This document shows positions 51,609 through 63,182 of a stretch of DNA of 64,000 nt, piece after piece. The stretch's first letter is position 1, and each line of letters opens with the position of its first letter. Below the pieces are notes generated by a model. It had not been told where the DNA came from. It made no database searches and saw only the letters and a list, made by a program, of their open reading frames with translations. Source of the DNA: Pelagomonas calceolata (lineage: Eukaryota); assembly GCA_918797485.1 (NCBI GenBank), contig CAKKNE010000004.1, positions 1,426,001 through 1,490,000 of the forward strand, written 5' to 3'. A program made the position numbers and the translations under genes.

Positions 51609-51675
51609 TACCTATGGTACGGTACCTACGGTACCTACCAGTACGGTACATAGGTACCGTACCTACGGTAGGTAC
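51609..51675. repeat. GTAC/GGTACC-rich quasi-palindromic tract (copy A)
   Basis: ggtacggtacctacggtacctaccagtacggtacataggtaccgtacctacggtaggtac; the reverse complement of 51632-51675 matches 56924-56968. Confidence 0.85.
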
Positions 51676-51752
51676 TAAAAGGCGGTGCCAACACAATAAC
51701 TGAGGCCCCGCGTGCAATAGGTGTATTGACGCGCTGCTTTTCGCGCAACCGG

Positions 51753-52343
51753 ATGGGCAAGAAGAAGCGCCCCGCGGGCCCGGCCCAGATCCCGCTCTTC
51801 TACGCCAAGAAGCGCAAGCTGAACGAGGCGACGCAGCTCACGGCGCTCGTCGCGCTGCACAAGTACTGCGCCAAGTTCAAGCTCGGCGCGCCCGGCTTCC
51901 GGCCGCTGACAACGGCGCCGCACCACGAGGTCTGCGTCGTCATGGACGGCGCCGAGCTCGGCCGCGCGCGCCACGCGGACCGCGCCGGCGCCATGGAGCG
52001 CGCGGCGCTGCTCACGCTCAACCTGCTGGACCCCGAGGCCAAGAGCCTGCCGGCGAACGTCGCCTGGCCCGACGCGGCGGCCGTGCGGGCGCTCCAGCTC
52101 GCCGTGATCGGCGCGAAGCACGACGCGCCGGCGCCGCCCGCGGCCCGCCGGCCGCCGCCGCCGCCCGCGGCGCCCGCGCCGGCCGCGCCGGCGCCGCGCG
52201 CCGCGCTGCCGCCGCCGCCGCCGCCGCCGCCGCCGAAGCCGCCGCGGCCCCACGGCCGCTTCTTGGACGACGGCTCGGAGCTCCTCTGGGGCGACGAGGC
52301 GCGGAGCGTCGAGGAGCTCCGCGCGGCCCGCGCGCCGCGCTAG
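51753..52343 (+). CDS. dsRBD-like domain, poly-Pro linker and C-terminal GLEBS-like motif protein
   Basis: LVALHKYCAKFKLGAPGF...VCVVMDGAELGRA...AMERAALLTLNLL (DSRM-like); LLWGDEARSVEELRA. Confidence 0.6.
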   Translation: MGKKKRPAGPAQIPLFYAKKRKLNEATQLTALVALHKYCAKFKLGAPGFRPLTTAPHHEVCVVMDGAELGRARHADRAGAMERAALLTLNLLDPEAKSLPANVAWPDAAAVRALQLAVIGAKHDAPAPPAARRPPPPPAAPAPAAPAPRAALPPPPPPPPPKPPRPHGRFLDDGSELLWGDEARSVEELRAARAPR

Positions 52344-52664
52344 ATCGGTACGCCCCTTTATTCCTACCTCGCATTACTTACCACGCGCCGTGCAGTCACG
52401 ACTCCGACGCCCGGTCTCGACGATCACACGACCCACCGGTGCTCCCTCAACTATTTGCGTGACGTGAATTCATGCTTGCGACAGGTGATGGCTCTCTTTC
52501 GCGCTTCCAACAGGCCAACGTTTCCAAAGGACAATGCGCGGCTCCTACCGAGGTACTTATCATATCACACATACGGCACCTCGCGTCGCAGGGTACCCGG
52601 GCGCCCGGCACCGACGCGCGCCCTCCGCCGCGCCGCGCCGTCGCCGTCTCTTAAGAGGTAGTAG

Positions 52665-53411
52665 TTACGCGTACGAGCCCTCGGGGAACGGCACGGGGCC
52701 GACGCGGCCGGGCGGCCAGTATTTGAAGACCGCCCGCCCGATGACGTTCTTCGTGGGCAGGAAGCCCCAGACGTGGCCGTCGAGCGACTGGTTCCGGTTG
52801 TCGCCGAGGACGAAGACGTGGCCCGCGGGGACGACCATGCGGTCGAGCGCGTACGCCGGCTGCTCGTTGATGAAGGCCTCGTCCTGCGCCCGGCCGTTGA
52901 CGTACAGCTTGCCGCCCCGGACCTCGACGGTGTCGCCCGCGACCGCGACGACGCGCTTGATGAGCGCCTCGTTCCGCGCGCGGCTGTTGACGATGTCCTT
53001 GAAGCTCTGCGGCGGGTTGAAGACGACGACCTCGTTGCGCCGGTAGGGCGCGTCGCGGGGCCGCGCGAGCTTCGTCACCTTCTCGACGGCGAGCTGGTCG
53101 CCGACGTCGAGGCCGGGGTACATGGACAGCGACGGGATGAAGCGCGGCTCGACGATCAGGAACCGGATCAGGAGGCAGACGGCCAGCGTCTTGCCGTAGA
53201 CGCGCAGGTCCTCGGCGAGCTCCTCGTCCCCCGTTATGGCCGCGAGCCAGCCGGGCCGCTCGTCGGCGGCCGCGTCGTCGTCGCCGCCGCTCGCGCGCCG
53301 CGCGACAGGCGCGGCGCGCGGCGCGCGGCGCAGGCGGCGGAGCCGCGGCGGCGGCGCGAGGGCCGACGCGCCCGCGACGAGCAGGGCGAGCGCCGCGTGG
53401 CGGCGGCCCAT
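52665..53411 (-). CDS. Plastid/thylakoid signal peptidase I (S26)
   Basis: EPRFIPSLSMYP, GDQLAVEK, LIKRVVAVAGD, FVLGDNRNQSLDGHVWG; bipartite ASA-L presequence. Confidence 0.93.
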   Translation of the reverse strand: MGRRHAALALLVAGASALAPPPRLRRLRRAPRAAPVARRASGGDDDAAADERPGWLAAITGDEELAEDLRVYGKTLAVCLLIRFLIVEPRFIPSLSMYPGLDVGDQLAVEKVTKLARPRDAPYRRNEVVVFNPPQSFKDIVNSRARNEALIKRVVAVAGDTVEVRGGKLYVNGRAQDEAFINEQPAYALDRMVVPAGHVFVLGDNRNQSLDGHVWGFLPTKNVIGRAVFKYWPPGRVGPVPFPEGSYA

Positions 53412-53816
53412 GACGCCTCGCGTGTGTTGAGGCAGGCTGCTGCTGGGAAGCCGGGCGTCGCGACTTGCAGCAGTCCTTTTACCGAAAGAACGCGAAGCGG
53501 AAAGACTCGTAGTTCCTAGACTTGACGGAATGCAACTTGCCCACGCTCTGCCTAGGTCTCGAGGTACAATCGAGCTTGTTACTCCTAGTACGCACGACGC
53601 TAGCTCGCATCAGCCGCGATCACTTGCGAGCAGCAACCTGTCGAGCACTAAGGCTGTAGAGTCTAAGACAAAGCTAAAGATAAATCACTTGCGATTGAGC
53701 CCCGGCCCCGAGCCCGCGGGTTTCTACGTCGACAGCGTTATCGCGCAAACGCATCCACAGCGTGATTGACTGGCAGCCAAACGCAACGTCGCTTGCCCGC
53801 GCGAGCGAGCTGTGCG

Positions 53817-54344
53817 ATGGCCGATGCCTGGGGCCAGGAAAGCCTGACGTTGGAGACGCTCCGCGACGTCTACGCTAATCTGAACCACACGGCGGCGCCG
53901 CCGCCTGCCGCCGCGCGCGAGGTGGCGCGGCGCCGCGCCGAGCGCGCCGTCGCCGGCGCCGTCTTCGAGCTCGGCCTGCGCCAGTGCTCGCCCAAGGTCA
54001 TCCAGGGCCTCCTCGCGCGCGGCGCGGCGGCGGGGTCGCTCACGACGGAGCACATCAAGTCTCACCTCCAGAAGTACCGCCAGCACCACGACCGGTCGCG
54101 GCAGCCCTTCCGCGACCACTTCGAGCGCTGCCTCCGCGCGCCGGCCGCCGCGCCGCCGCCGCCCGCGGCGACGCCGCCGCAGCGCGGCCGCGAGGCGATC
54201 GAAGCGGCCGTCGGGCGCGCCCCGGGCGTTCTTTGCGAGTTGGCCGCTGTGCGGGCTTGCCTCCGCCGCGACGTGGACGCGGCGCTCGCCGAGCACCGCT
54301 GCCTCGCGGACGAGCTCGCGGCGCTGGCCCCCGGCCCGAGCTAA
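53817..54344 (+). CDS. GARP/SHAQKYF-class MYB-like transcription factor
   Basis: AVFELGLRQCSPKVIQ...LTTEHIKSHLQKYR. Confidence 0.8.
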   Translation: MADAWGQESLTLETLRDVYANLNHTAAPPPAAAREVARRRAERAVAGAVFELGLRQCSPKVIQGLLARGAAAGSLTTEHIKSHLQKYRQHHDRSRQPFRDHFERCLRAPAAAPPPPAATPPQRGREAIEAAVGRAPGVLCELAAVRACLRRDVDAALAEHRCLADELAALAPGPS

Positions 54345-54634
54345 CCTTATGCGTGTGCAGCTACTCCTCGCTAGCTAGCGTGGCGCTCCGGCGTTGCGCG
54401 CGGCGCGCGCCGTGCTACGCCGTCGCGGCGATGCCCGCGGCGGAGGTCGGTGCGTCGTGTGGTCGCGGCGCTTGCGGCGTGTCGGTAGTGCTCGTGCTCC
54501 GTAAAACACGATGACGTGGGGCGCGGGTACGGCTAGTACTGGACCTGACTCATTACTACGTGTCGAAAAAAGGAAGGCGGTGCGACGGGGAAGAGCGACA
54601 CAAGAGCGTAGTGCAGTCTTCGTAGAAAAAGGGT

Positions 54635-54650
54635 GGTTTCAGAAGAAACC
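54635..54650 (-). promoter_or_regulatory. Histone 3'UTR stem-loop of H4
   Basis: Minus strand ACCC-GGTTTC-TTCT-GAAACC-ACCC; 6-bp stem, 4-nt loop. Confidence 0.85.
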
Positions 54651-54731
54651 GGGTGTGAATGAGATGGGCCGTCGGCGACCACCGCTGGTCTTGATCAGCG
54701 GCGGCGCGGCGGCCCGGGCTCGGGGGTAGAT

Positions 54732-55790
<1,059 letters not shown>

Positions 55791-55842
55791 GCGTTTCCAC
55801 CTTTTTTGGTGGTGACGTCTTCCGTCCTCTCACAACTTACCC

Positions 55843-55858
55843 GGTTTCTTCAGAAACC
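55843..55858 (+). promoter_or_regulatory. Histone 3'UTR stem-loop of H3
   Basis: ACCC-GGTTTC-TTCA-GAAACC-ACCC. Confidence 0.85.
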
Positions 55859-56913
55859 ACCCTTTTGCCAACGAAGAGACGTTCGACGTGGCTCTGTTGT
55901 TTCCCGGCTCCCGCGTCCCGCTCGCCTTCCTTTCCTAGAAACTTCCTCGCGTCGTCGTCGACGGCGTCGTTCGCGCCCGTTATAGGCTAAGCTTGCGCTC
56001 GTCTTTCTTCTTCAATTAGTACAGTAGATTTAGACTGGTGAACTCCGGGCGGCTAGGCCGCCTATCTCTGAGTTACTTTGGGAAGGTCAATTGCGTAGCT
56101 CCCTTGCGTTGCGGGGGTATCTGCAATCGCCGCCTGAACTGCGTTACCTTCCTTCCTTACTCATGACCTACGCGCCCATGGGTACAGCGACCGTCAGCAT
56201 GCCCGCTAGGGGATCGCTAGGGGTGCGGCTAGGCGTCTTAGTTGATCGCGAAAGGGCGATCGCAACGGGCTGGGGGCGATGGGGAGTTCGACTTTGATGC
56301 CTTGGCTCTGAGCGCCGCGACGCCGCGACGGACGCTGCGCCAACCGCCTCACAAGATCAGAGTATATTACCGCTTCAGTACTCTCTCTCGGCCGACAGCT
56401 GCATGCCCCAAGCTATCGACGGACGAGACATCCGCATCCCTGAACAAGATGGGTTTATCATCATCGGAATCCTACGCCCAGACCGTCATAGAGCCCCAAC
56501 CTAAATGACTTGGTTCTGGACCTCGCGCAAGTCACTTGAATATACAGCGCAAATACTCTCAAGTTCAAAGTCTCCAAGCCTGAATCGACCGGTTCCTCTG
56601 AATCCATTTTGGAGGATCTCCACCTTGGAGGTTCCGGGCCGGCCGCGCACAAGCACGCGAAAAGCCCCCATCGTTCCCATCGTTATCGTCCCCATCGCGC
56701 CCATCCACATCACCATGGTATCAAGAAGAAGAATATTTTAAGTACCGTATTCGTGAACTCTTCCGCCGCGCGGGGGTCCTCACAAATTCCCCCTTACCCT
56801 TGACGGAGCGCCCGCGTCCACGAGAGACGCTGCCCCGACGCCCAGTACTCTACTTTCGAAACGTGCGGGACGATGCGTCAAGACCGCTAGCTGCCTGTAC
56901 TTACAGGTAAGCC

Positions 56914-56968
56914 CCTACCGTAGGTACCTACCGTAGGTACGGTACCGTAGGTACCGTACTGGTAGGTA
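56914..56968. repeat. GTAC/GGTACC-rich quasi-palindromic tract (copy B, inverted relative to A)
   Basis: gtacctaccgtaggtacggtaccgtaggtaccgtactggtaggta. Confidence 0.85.
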
Positions 56969-57131
56969 GCAGCAAGCGGCGATGTGGGACATCGAGGGTG
57001 CCGACATCAATTGCTCTGTGTCTCTTAGCTAGCAGAGATCTAACGTCGCTGCATACTTACTGCGCTGCGCGAAGTGCGCACAGCACTTGAGCAAGAGGAA
57101 GGAAAGCCTCTCTGTACTGGTCGCAGAGCAC

Positions 57132-59939
57132 ATGCAGCTCGACGCTCTCCGCGAGGACGTCGACGCGCCGCGGGACGCACCCGTCCAGCGGCGCGGCGAC
57201 GTCCTCGCGGAGCTCCGGCGGGGCGCGGCGACGCGCCCCGTGCTGGAGGCGCTCGAGGAGGCGGTCGCCGAGCGGCGCGGGTCGGCCGCGGCGAAGCCGA
57301 CCGCGACCGAGGTCTTCGCGGCGGCGCTCGCCGGCCTGGCCGGCGGCGGCGCGTCGGCGCCCCTCCTGGGCGTGGCCGAGGCGACGGCGGCCGTCGCGGC
57401 GCCGGACCTCGTCGAGGCCCGCTGCGCGCAGGTCACGGACGCGCTCCTGCGCGCGGCGCGGCACGACGACGCCGCGGCGGCGCGGGCGGCGGCGCGGTGC
57501 GTCGGCGTCGTGCTGGCGCGGCAGCGCGCGGCCGCGTGGCGGCGGCCCGAGGCCCGGGCCGCGCTCGAGCGGCTCATGGACTGCTGCGTGCGCGACGCGC
57601 GGCCCAAGGTCCGGCGGGCCGCCTGCGAGGCCGTCCGCGGCGTCGCCCGGAGCTCGGAGCGCGCCGCGAAGCACGTCGCGCAGCGGTGCCGCGCGGCGCT
57701 CGACGCGACGGCGCAGGGGCGGCGGGACGGCGCGCCGGTCCCGCCGGCGGCCTTCCACCTGCTGGGCCTCGTCGAGGCGCTGGCGCCCGCGCCGGGCCTC
57801 GCGGCCGCGGCGGCCGCCGCGGCGCTCGCCGGCCGCAAGCCCGACAAGTTCTTCGACGCGCGCGGCCTCCGCGCGGCCGCGGCGCTCGGCGCCGACGACG
57901 GCGCCCTGGGCCGCGTCCTCGCGGCGGCGCCGCCGGCGCGCACGTGGCAGGCGCCGGACGGCGACGTCGTCGCCGCGTGGGCCGCCTGCGCGCCGGCGCT
58001 GCGCGACGCCGGCGCGGCCGTGCGCGCGCTCGCGGCCGCGGCGCCGCGCTGCGACGCGGCGGCGGCGGCGGCCCTGGAGCGCGTCGTGCGCGCGACGCCG
58101 CGCGACGCGGCCGCGGCCGCGGCGCTCTGCGACGCGCTCGGGGCGGCCCTCGCCGAGGCGCCCTCGGACGCCGTCTTCAAGGCGGTCGAGGCCGCGTGCG
58201 CCGCGGACCTCGCGGCGCGGGGCCCCCTCGCGGCGCTCGCGCGGCGCGTCGACCGCGCCGCCGAGCGGTCGCCGCGGCGGCGCGCGGCCTGCGTCGCCGC
58301 GGTCGCCGCGCTGGGCGTCGCGGCGTACGCGGCGGCGGTCGAGCCGGCGGACGCGCGCGACTTCTGCGCAACGCTCGCGGAGGCCGTCAGGGCCGGCGCC
58401 GCAGTGTCGCTCGGGGAGCTCGCGGCGCTCCTCGACAGCGCCGACGCCTTCTGGGCCCTCGCGCCGGCGGTTGCGGCGGCCGCGCGCGGCGACGACGCGG
58501 CGTGGCCCGCGTTCGCAAGCCGCTGCGCGGGCGAGGTGGCCAAGGGCGCGAACCGCTGCGCGTGCGAGGCGCTCGCGTGCGTGCCCTCGGCGGCGGCCGC
58601 CGCCGCGGCGCTCGCGCCGCTCTGCGCCGCGGCCGCGGCCGCGTCCGACGACGCGGCCTTCGCGGCCGCGGCGCGCCGCGCGCTCGGCGCGGCGGCCGGG
58701 CGCGCGCCGCCGGCCGCGGTCGCGAAGCTCTTCCGCCGCGTCGCGACGCGGCTGCTGCGGGCCGCGGCGGCGGACGGCGACCGGGACGCCGCGGGCCGGC
58801 TCCTCCAGGTCGGCGCGGCGCTCGCGCCGGCGCTCGCGGCGGACGACGCCGCGACGCTCTGGCGCTGCGCCGCCCCGCTCCTCGACGACCCGGTCCTGCA
58901 GAAGCGCGCCTACGGCTGCGCCGCCGAGCTGTGCGCGCGCCACGGCGACGCCGCGTGGGCCGCGGTCCTCGTGGAGCGGGACGCGCCCGTCGCGTGCCGC
59001 GCGAAGCGCACGGCGGCGGTGACGGCGCTCGTCGCGCGGCGCGCGGTCCCGAACGACCTCGTCGCGCGCCTCGCGTCGGAGGCGGCGCTCGGCACGCGCG
59101 ACGCGAACGCGCACGCCCGCAAGGCGGCCTTCGCCCTGCTCGACGCCCTCGCCGCGCGCGTCGACCCCCGGGAGCTGCTGCAGATGCTCTCCGCCGCGCT
59201 CGTGGCGCAGACGGCGCACATGCGCGCGGCCGGCCTCTGCGCGCTGAGCCGCGTCGTCTACGTCTGCCCGGGCGCGCGGGGCGACCTGCCGGCCCTGCTC
59301 GAGGCCGGCGTGCTGCTCCTCGGCGACCCGGCGACGGAGGTCCAGACCGCCGCGCTCCAGTTCCTGCGGGTGGCGACGGCGGCGCTCTGCGGTGACGAGG
59401 CGGGCCGCGGCGCCCTCGAGCCGCGGCTGCCGGCCGCGCTCGCCGCCCTCTCCGGCCTGGGCCCGCGCGGCCGCCACCGCGCGGCCGTCAAGGCCCTCGT
59501 CCGGAAGTGGTGCCGCGTGTTCGGCCACGACGCGATCCAGGCGGTCGCGCCGGCGACGGACGCGCCCCTGCTGAAGGCGCTCCGGCGCGCCGAGGCCCGG
59601 GGCAAGCGGAAGCGGACGGCTTCGGACGCCGGCGACGCCGGCGACGACGCCGCGTCGTCGTCGGGCCCCGACGACGACTTCGACGTCGGCGTCGCCGCCG
59701 ACGGCCGCGTCGCCGTCGTCCGCGTCGACGCGGCCGCGGCCGCCGCGCGCGCGGCGCGCGAGCAGGCGGCCGCGGCCGCCGCCGCGCCGCCGCGCCGCCG
59801 CCGCAAGGCCACGTCCAAGGCGGCGCGGCGCGGCCGCCGCGCCGGCGGCGACAGGAACCGCGCGGACGGCGTCCAGCCCTACGCCTACGACTCGCTCGGC
59901 GACGTCGCGCGGCGGGGGAAGCGGGTCCGGCGCAAGTAA
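57132..59939 (+). CDS. RRP12: RRP12-like HEAT/ARM ribosome biogenesis protein, extremely Ala-rich
   Basis: DARPKVRRAA, LQKRAY, MRAAGLCALSRVVY, VKALVRKWCRVFG, and C-terminal AGGD...VQPYAY typical of Rrp12. Confidence 0.75.
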   Translation: MQLDALREDVDAPRDAPVQRRGDVLAELRRGAATRPVLEALEEAVAERRGSAAAKPTATEVFAAALAGLAGGGASAPLLGVAEATAAVAAPDLVEARCAQVTDALLRAARHDDAAAARAAARCVGVVLARQRAAAWRRPEARAALERLMDCCVRDARPKVRRAACEAVRGVARSSERAAKHVAQRCRAALDATAQGRRDGAPVPPAAFHLLGLVEALAPAPGLAAAAAAAALAGRKPDKFFDARGLRAAAALGADDGALGRVLAAAPPARTWQAPDGDVVAAWAACAPALRDAGAAVRALAAAAPRCDAAAAAALERVVRATPRDAAAAAALCDALGAALAEAPSDAVFKAVEAACAADLAARGPLAALARRVDRAAERSPRRRAACVAAVAALGVAAYAAAVEPADARDFCATLAEAVRAGAAVSLGELAALLDSADAFWALAPAVAAAARGDDAAWPAFASRCAGEVAKGANRCACEALACVPSAAAAAAALAPLCAAAAAASDDAAFAAAARRALGAAAGRAPPAAVAKLFRRVATRLLRAAAADGDRDAAGRLLQVGAALAPALAADDAATLWRCAAPLLDDPVLQKRAYGCAAELCARHGDAAWAAVLVERDAPVACRAKRTAAVTALVARRAVPNDLVARLASEAALGTRDANAHARKAAFALLDALAARVDPRELLQMLSAALVAQTAHMRAAGLCALSRVVYVCPGARGDLPALLEAGVLLLGDPATEVQTAALQFLRVATAALCGDEAGRGALEPRLPAALAALSGLGPRGRHRAAVKALVRKWCRVFGHDAIQAVAPATDAPLLKALRRAEARGKRKRTASDAGDAGDDAASSSGPDDDFDVGVAADGRVAVVRVDAAAAAARAAREQAAAAAAAPPRRRRKATSKAARRGRRAGGDRNRADGVQPYAYDSLGDVARRGKRVRRK

Positions 59940-60250
59940 GAGCGAGCGCGGCCCCCGTCATCGGCAGGGTAGTGGGGTACTAAGAGAGGAAGAGTCGCAT
60001 ACGGTCCTTGGAGCAGCTCACGGAGACCTAGTACGCTATAGCCCCGTGCCGTGCATAGCAGGGAGAAAGCTCTCAAGAGCTTGTTCATATTTATAGGTCT
60101 TCCTTAATTTATCTATTTATTTTAGGGTTGGGGACCTTGCCAGCTAGAGCCTGTAAGACACTAGGGTAAAGGGCACGGCTGAGTTAGCTGGCGCTCGCGA
60201 GCGCCGCGAGCAGGACTGCCGCGCCGGCGCGGCGAGCGGCGCCCGCAGCC

Positions 60251-61183
60251 ATGGCCGCCGCCGCCGACGCCGCGCTCGCGCGGCTGAAGCTGCCGTCCAA
60301 CGAGTCGCTGCAGGAGGGCCACGCCCTCGCCGCCGACGAGCAGATCTACCTCGCGGACACGATCACGCCGCGGCTCCGGCGGCGGCAGGCGACGCTCGCG
60401 GCTATTGATGTGACGAGCTGCGTCCGCATCTTTAGAGGTATGATCACGAACAACAAGGGGCCCCTCGACCAGCGTTTACGCGAGGCCATCGAAGCGTACG
60501 ACCGGGCCGAGGTCTTCTTCGAGACCGATGTGTTGGCGGAGCCCGACTTACACGGGGAGGACGTGCTGAGGCGGGCGATGAACACGATTGTTGGAGGGGA
60601 AGATTTATATGGACATCTCGTCTGGTGCGAGTGCCTCGGGGATATTAGCGCCGTCGTCGACGCGGGCGTCCAGCCCGCCGACGCCGTCAAGATGCGGTGC
60701 CGCGTCATGGAGGCCGTCCGACGGCTCCAGTACCGCCACAAAACGGCGCACATCCGCTACAAGCAGGTTTATATTTTGGATTTGTCCGAGATCTCGCTCG
60801 GTTCGTTAATTACGTCCTCGAAAGTCCGGGAGATGACGAAGGCGATCGTCGGCGGCGCGAACGACTTCTTCCCGGAGACGCTCTGGAAGTTGTTCATCGT
60901 GAACGCGCCCTTCGTCTTTCGGAGCGCGTACAGCGTCGTGTCTCCCGTGATCCACCCGACGACGAAGGAGAAGATCAAGATCCTCGGGTCGAGCTTCCTG
61001 GACGAGCTCGAGCGCAACGGCGTGCCGCTGGTCGCCGTGCCGCGGCGGCTCGGGGGCGGCGCGCCGGACCGGCCTCTATCTACTCTGCTCGAGGGCCTCG
61101 GGCCGACGAACCCGCCGTCGCTCACGGAGCCCGTGCCGCTCGAGGCGACGCTCCCGCCTCCTCAAGCGATGAACCCTGTTTAA
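60251..61183 (+). CDS. CRAL-TRIO/Sec14 lipid-binding protein
   Basis: GEDLYGH, VYILDLSEI, FFPETLWKLFIVNAPFVF...IHPTTKEKIKILG, VPRRLGG. Confidence 0.9.
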   Translation: MAAAADAALARLKLPSNESLQEGHALAADEQIYLADTITPRLRRRQATLAAIDVTSCVRIFRGMITNNKGPLDQRLREAIEAYDRAEVFFETDVLAEPDLHGEDVLRRAMNTIVGGEDLYGHLVWCECLGDISAVVDAGVQPADAVKMRCRVMEAVRRLQYRHKTAHIRYKQVYILDLSEISLGSLITSSKVREMTKAIVGGANDFFPETLWKLFIVNAPFVFRSAYSVVSPVIHPTTKEKIKILGSSFLDELERNGVPLVAVPRRLGGGAPDRPLSTLLEGLGPTNPPSLTEPVPLEATLPPPQAMNPV

Positions 61184-61244
61184 ATTGACGTCTAACCTGA
61201 GCTCGCTACCCCCAGGTAGTACGGAGGTGCAAAAAACCCGTTAC

Positions 61245-63182
61245 TCACCACGCGTCCCAGCAGAACGCCTCGGCGCTCTCGGCAACAATATGATTCGGCG
61301 GAGGCGTCCACGGCACCGGCGCCGCGGGGAACGCCGCGTCGCGCCCGGCCGCGTCGACGGCGAGGAGCGCCGCGACGGCCGCGCGCAGCTTCGGGGGCAG
61401 CCCCCGGGCGTCGTAGGCGCCGTCGAGGCTCCGGGCGAACGACGCGAAGGGCGCGTATCCAATCGCCAGCTCGTACGCGAGGCAGCCGAGGCCCCAGAGG
61501 TCCGCCCCGCGGCCGTGGCCCGTCCCCAGGAGCTGCTCCGGCGCGAGGTAGGGCCCGAACCCGATCAGGGTGAAGGCGCGCGCGCCCTCGTCCAGGCGCC
61601 GCGCCGCGCCAAACTCCGCGAGGACGGGCCGGCCGCGCGCGTCGACGTGGACGTCGTCGGGCGTGAGCGCTCTTATGATAACGTTCGCGGCGTGCAACAC
61701 GGATAGGGCCTCGCGGACGCCGCGTCCATAGAACGCGACCGCGTCGGGCCCGAGCCGGCCGCGCCGCCGGAGCGGCCCGCCCGGCGCGTGCGCGGCCAGC
61801 CGCGCGCCGTCGTCGTAGGGCGCGAAGCCTAGGATGGAGGGCGGGACGCGGCCGAACTTCCACGCCGCGTGGAGCCGATACTTGACGCCGTCCGGCGCCG
61901 CGACGATCGATACGTCGCCGAAGGCGCCCTTCACCGTCGCCACCGGCGTTAACTCGTGGCGCGGCCACGGCGGCGCGCGGGGACCCCCGTCGTCGCCGTC
62001 GGCGCGCGCGCAGATGCGCTGCAAACTCCCAAAGGCCTCGACGAAGGGCGCGCGCGCGAGCACCGCGCACTCGCAGTCATGATCCGCGACGACCGACGCC
62101 GTGCGCGCGTCGTCGCCCAACAACGCCATCTCCCCGAAGTAGTTGCCCGGCTCCAAACTGCCCACGACGCGCCTTTCGGATCCGACCTCGACGCGCGCGC
62201 GGCCCCTCCTTAGTACATAAAACGCGTCGCCAACGTCGCCCTGCCGCACGATGACCTCGCCCGCCTCGTAGGACTTCGTGGCGAAGAGGTCGGCGCACCT
62301 CCTCCGCTCCTCCTCGGTAAGCTTCCCGAGGACCTCGACACTCGAGAGCACGCGCCTTCTCAAATTCGCATCCAGCAACGCCGCGACGGGCCCCAGCCGG
62401 GCCTCGACGCGCCTTCGGTCGACTTTGAGGAGCACGCAGGCCGTGCGCGCGCGGACGTCGGCCGCTCTAAATTGATCCCTGAGCAGCGCGCGCTCTCCAA
62501 AATATTCGCCCTGGCGCAGGACCAGGTCCCGCATCTGGACCTCGCCCGTCCCGATGTTCGTGCAGTCGACCGTGCCCTCGAGAATACAAAACATCGTCGC
62601 GCCCGTCGCGCCCTTCTTCACAATCTCCTCGCCGGCCTGGACATTGGTCTCCTCGGCGGCGAGGGCAGCCACATCCAACTGCGCCTCCGTCAGGCCCTCG
62701 AGCAGCCCGACGCGCGCGAGCGCCGCCGCCGCGCGGCGGTGCCGCGCGGCCGCGGCCGCGGCGACGCACCGCCGCGCCGCCGCCGCGTCGACCCGCCACG
62801 CGGCGCCGCCGGGCGGCGCCGCGCCGTCCGCGGCGCGGGGCGCGGGGCCCAGCAGCGCCTCGCCGCCTATTACATTTCCCGCGTCGCCGACGACGAACGC
62901 CGCCTCGCCGACGTCGCCCGCCCGGTGCGGGCGCGGCGCGCCCGCGGCCGTCGCGCGCGCGGCCGCCGCCGCGGCCGCCTCCGGCGGCGCCCGCGCGAAG
63001 AGGCGCGTGCCCTTGGCGAGCGCCTCCGCGATGGCGCGCTGCTGCGCCGGCGTCGGCCCGCCGGGCGGCGGCGGCGGCAGCGCCGCGGCGGCGTCGACGG
63101 CGCCGCCGTAGACGTAGCGCCCGGCGGCGCGCGCCTTCTTCGCGGGAGCGCGCTCCTGCGGCGCGCTCGGGGCGCAGCCCAT
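61245..63182 (-). CDS. cGMP-dependent-kinase-like protein: myristoylation start, three cNMP-binding domains, degenerate kinase domain
   Basis: MGCAPS; GGEALL..PRAA, FGERALL...RAADV, FGEMALL...RTASV; kinase remnants IIRALTPDD, LAEFG, YLAPE, ADLWGLG. Confidence 0.82.
   Translation of the reverse strand: MGCAPSAPQERAPAKKARAAGRYVYGGAVDAAAALPPPPPGGPTPAQQRAIAEALAKGTRLFARAPPEAAAAAAARATAAGAPRPHRAGDVGEAAFVVGDAGNVIGGEALLGPAPRAADGAAPPGGAAWRVDAAAARRCVAAAAAARHRRAAAALARVGLLEGLTEAQLDVAALAAEETNVQAGEEIVKKGATGATMFCILEGTVDCTNIGTGEVQMRDLVLRQGEYFGERALLRDQFRAADVRARTACVLLKVDRRRVEARLGPVAALLDANLRRRVLSSVEVLGKLTEEERRRCADLFATKSYEAGEVIVRQGDVGDAFYVLRRGRARVEVGSERRVVGSLEPGNYFGEMALLGDDARTASVVADHDCECAVLARAPFVEAFGSLQRICARADGDDGGPRAPPWPRHELTPVATVKGAFGDVSIVAAPDGVKYRLHAAWKFGRVPPSILGFAPYDDGARLAAHAPGGPLRRRGRLGPDAVAFYGRGVREALSVLHAANVIIRALTPDDVHVDARGRPVLAEFGAARRLDEGARAFTLIGFGPYLAPEQLLGTGHGRGADLWGLGCLAYELAIGYAPFASFARSLDGAYDARGLPPKLRAAVAALLAVDAAGRDAAFPAAPVPWTPPPNHIVAESAEAFCWDAW

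Noticed and set aside
55990..56900. Short ORFs downstream of H3 (e.g. 56501-56716, 56242-56508)
   Set aside because: No codon bias or recognisable motifs; treated as intergenic or decayed sequence.
60121..60133. Telomere-like TTTAGGGTTGGGG
   Set aside because: A single degenerate unit, not an array.
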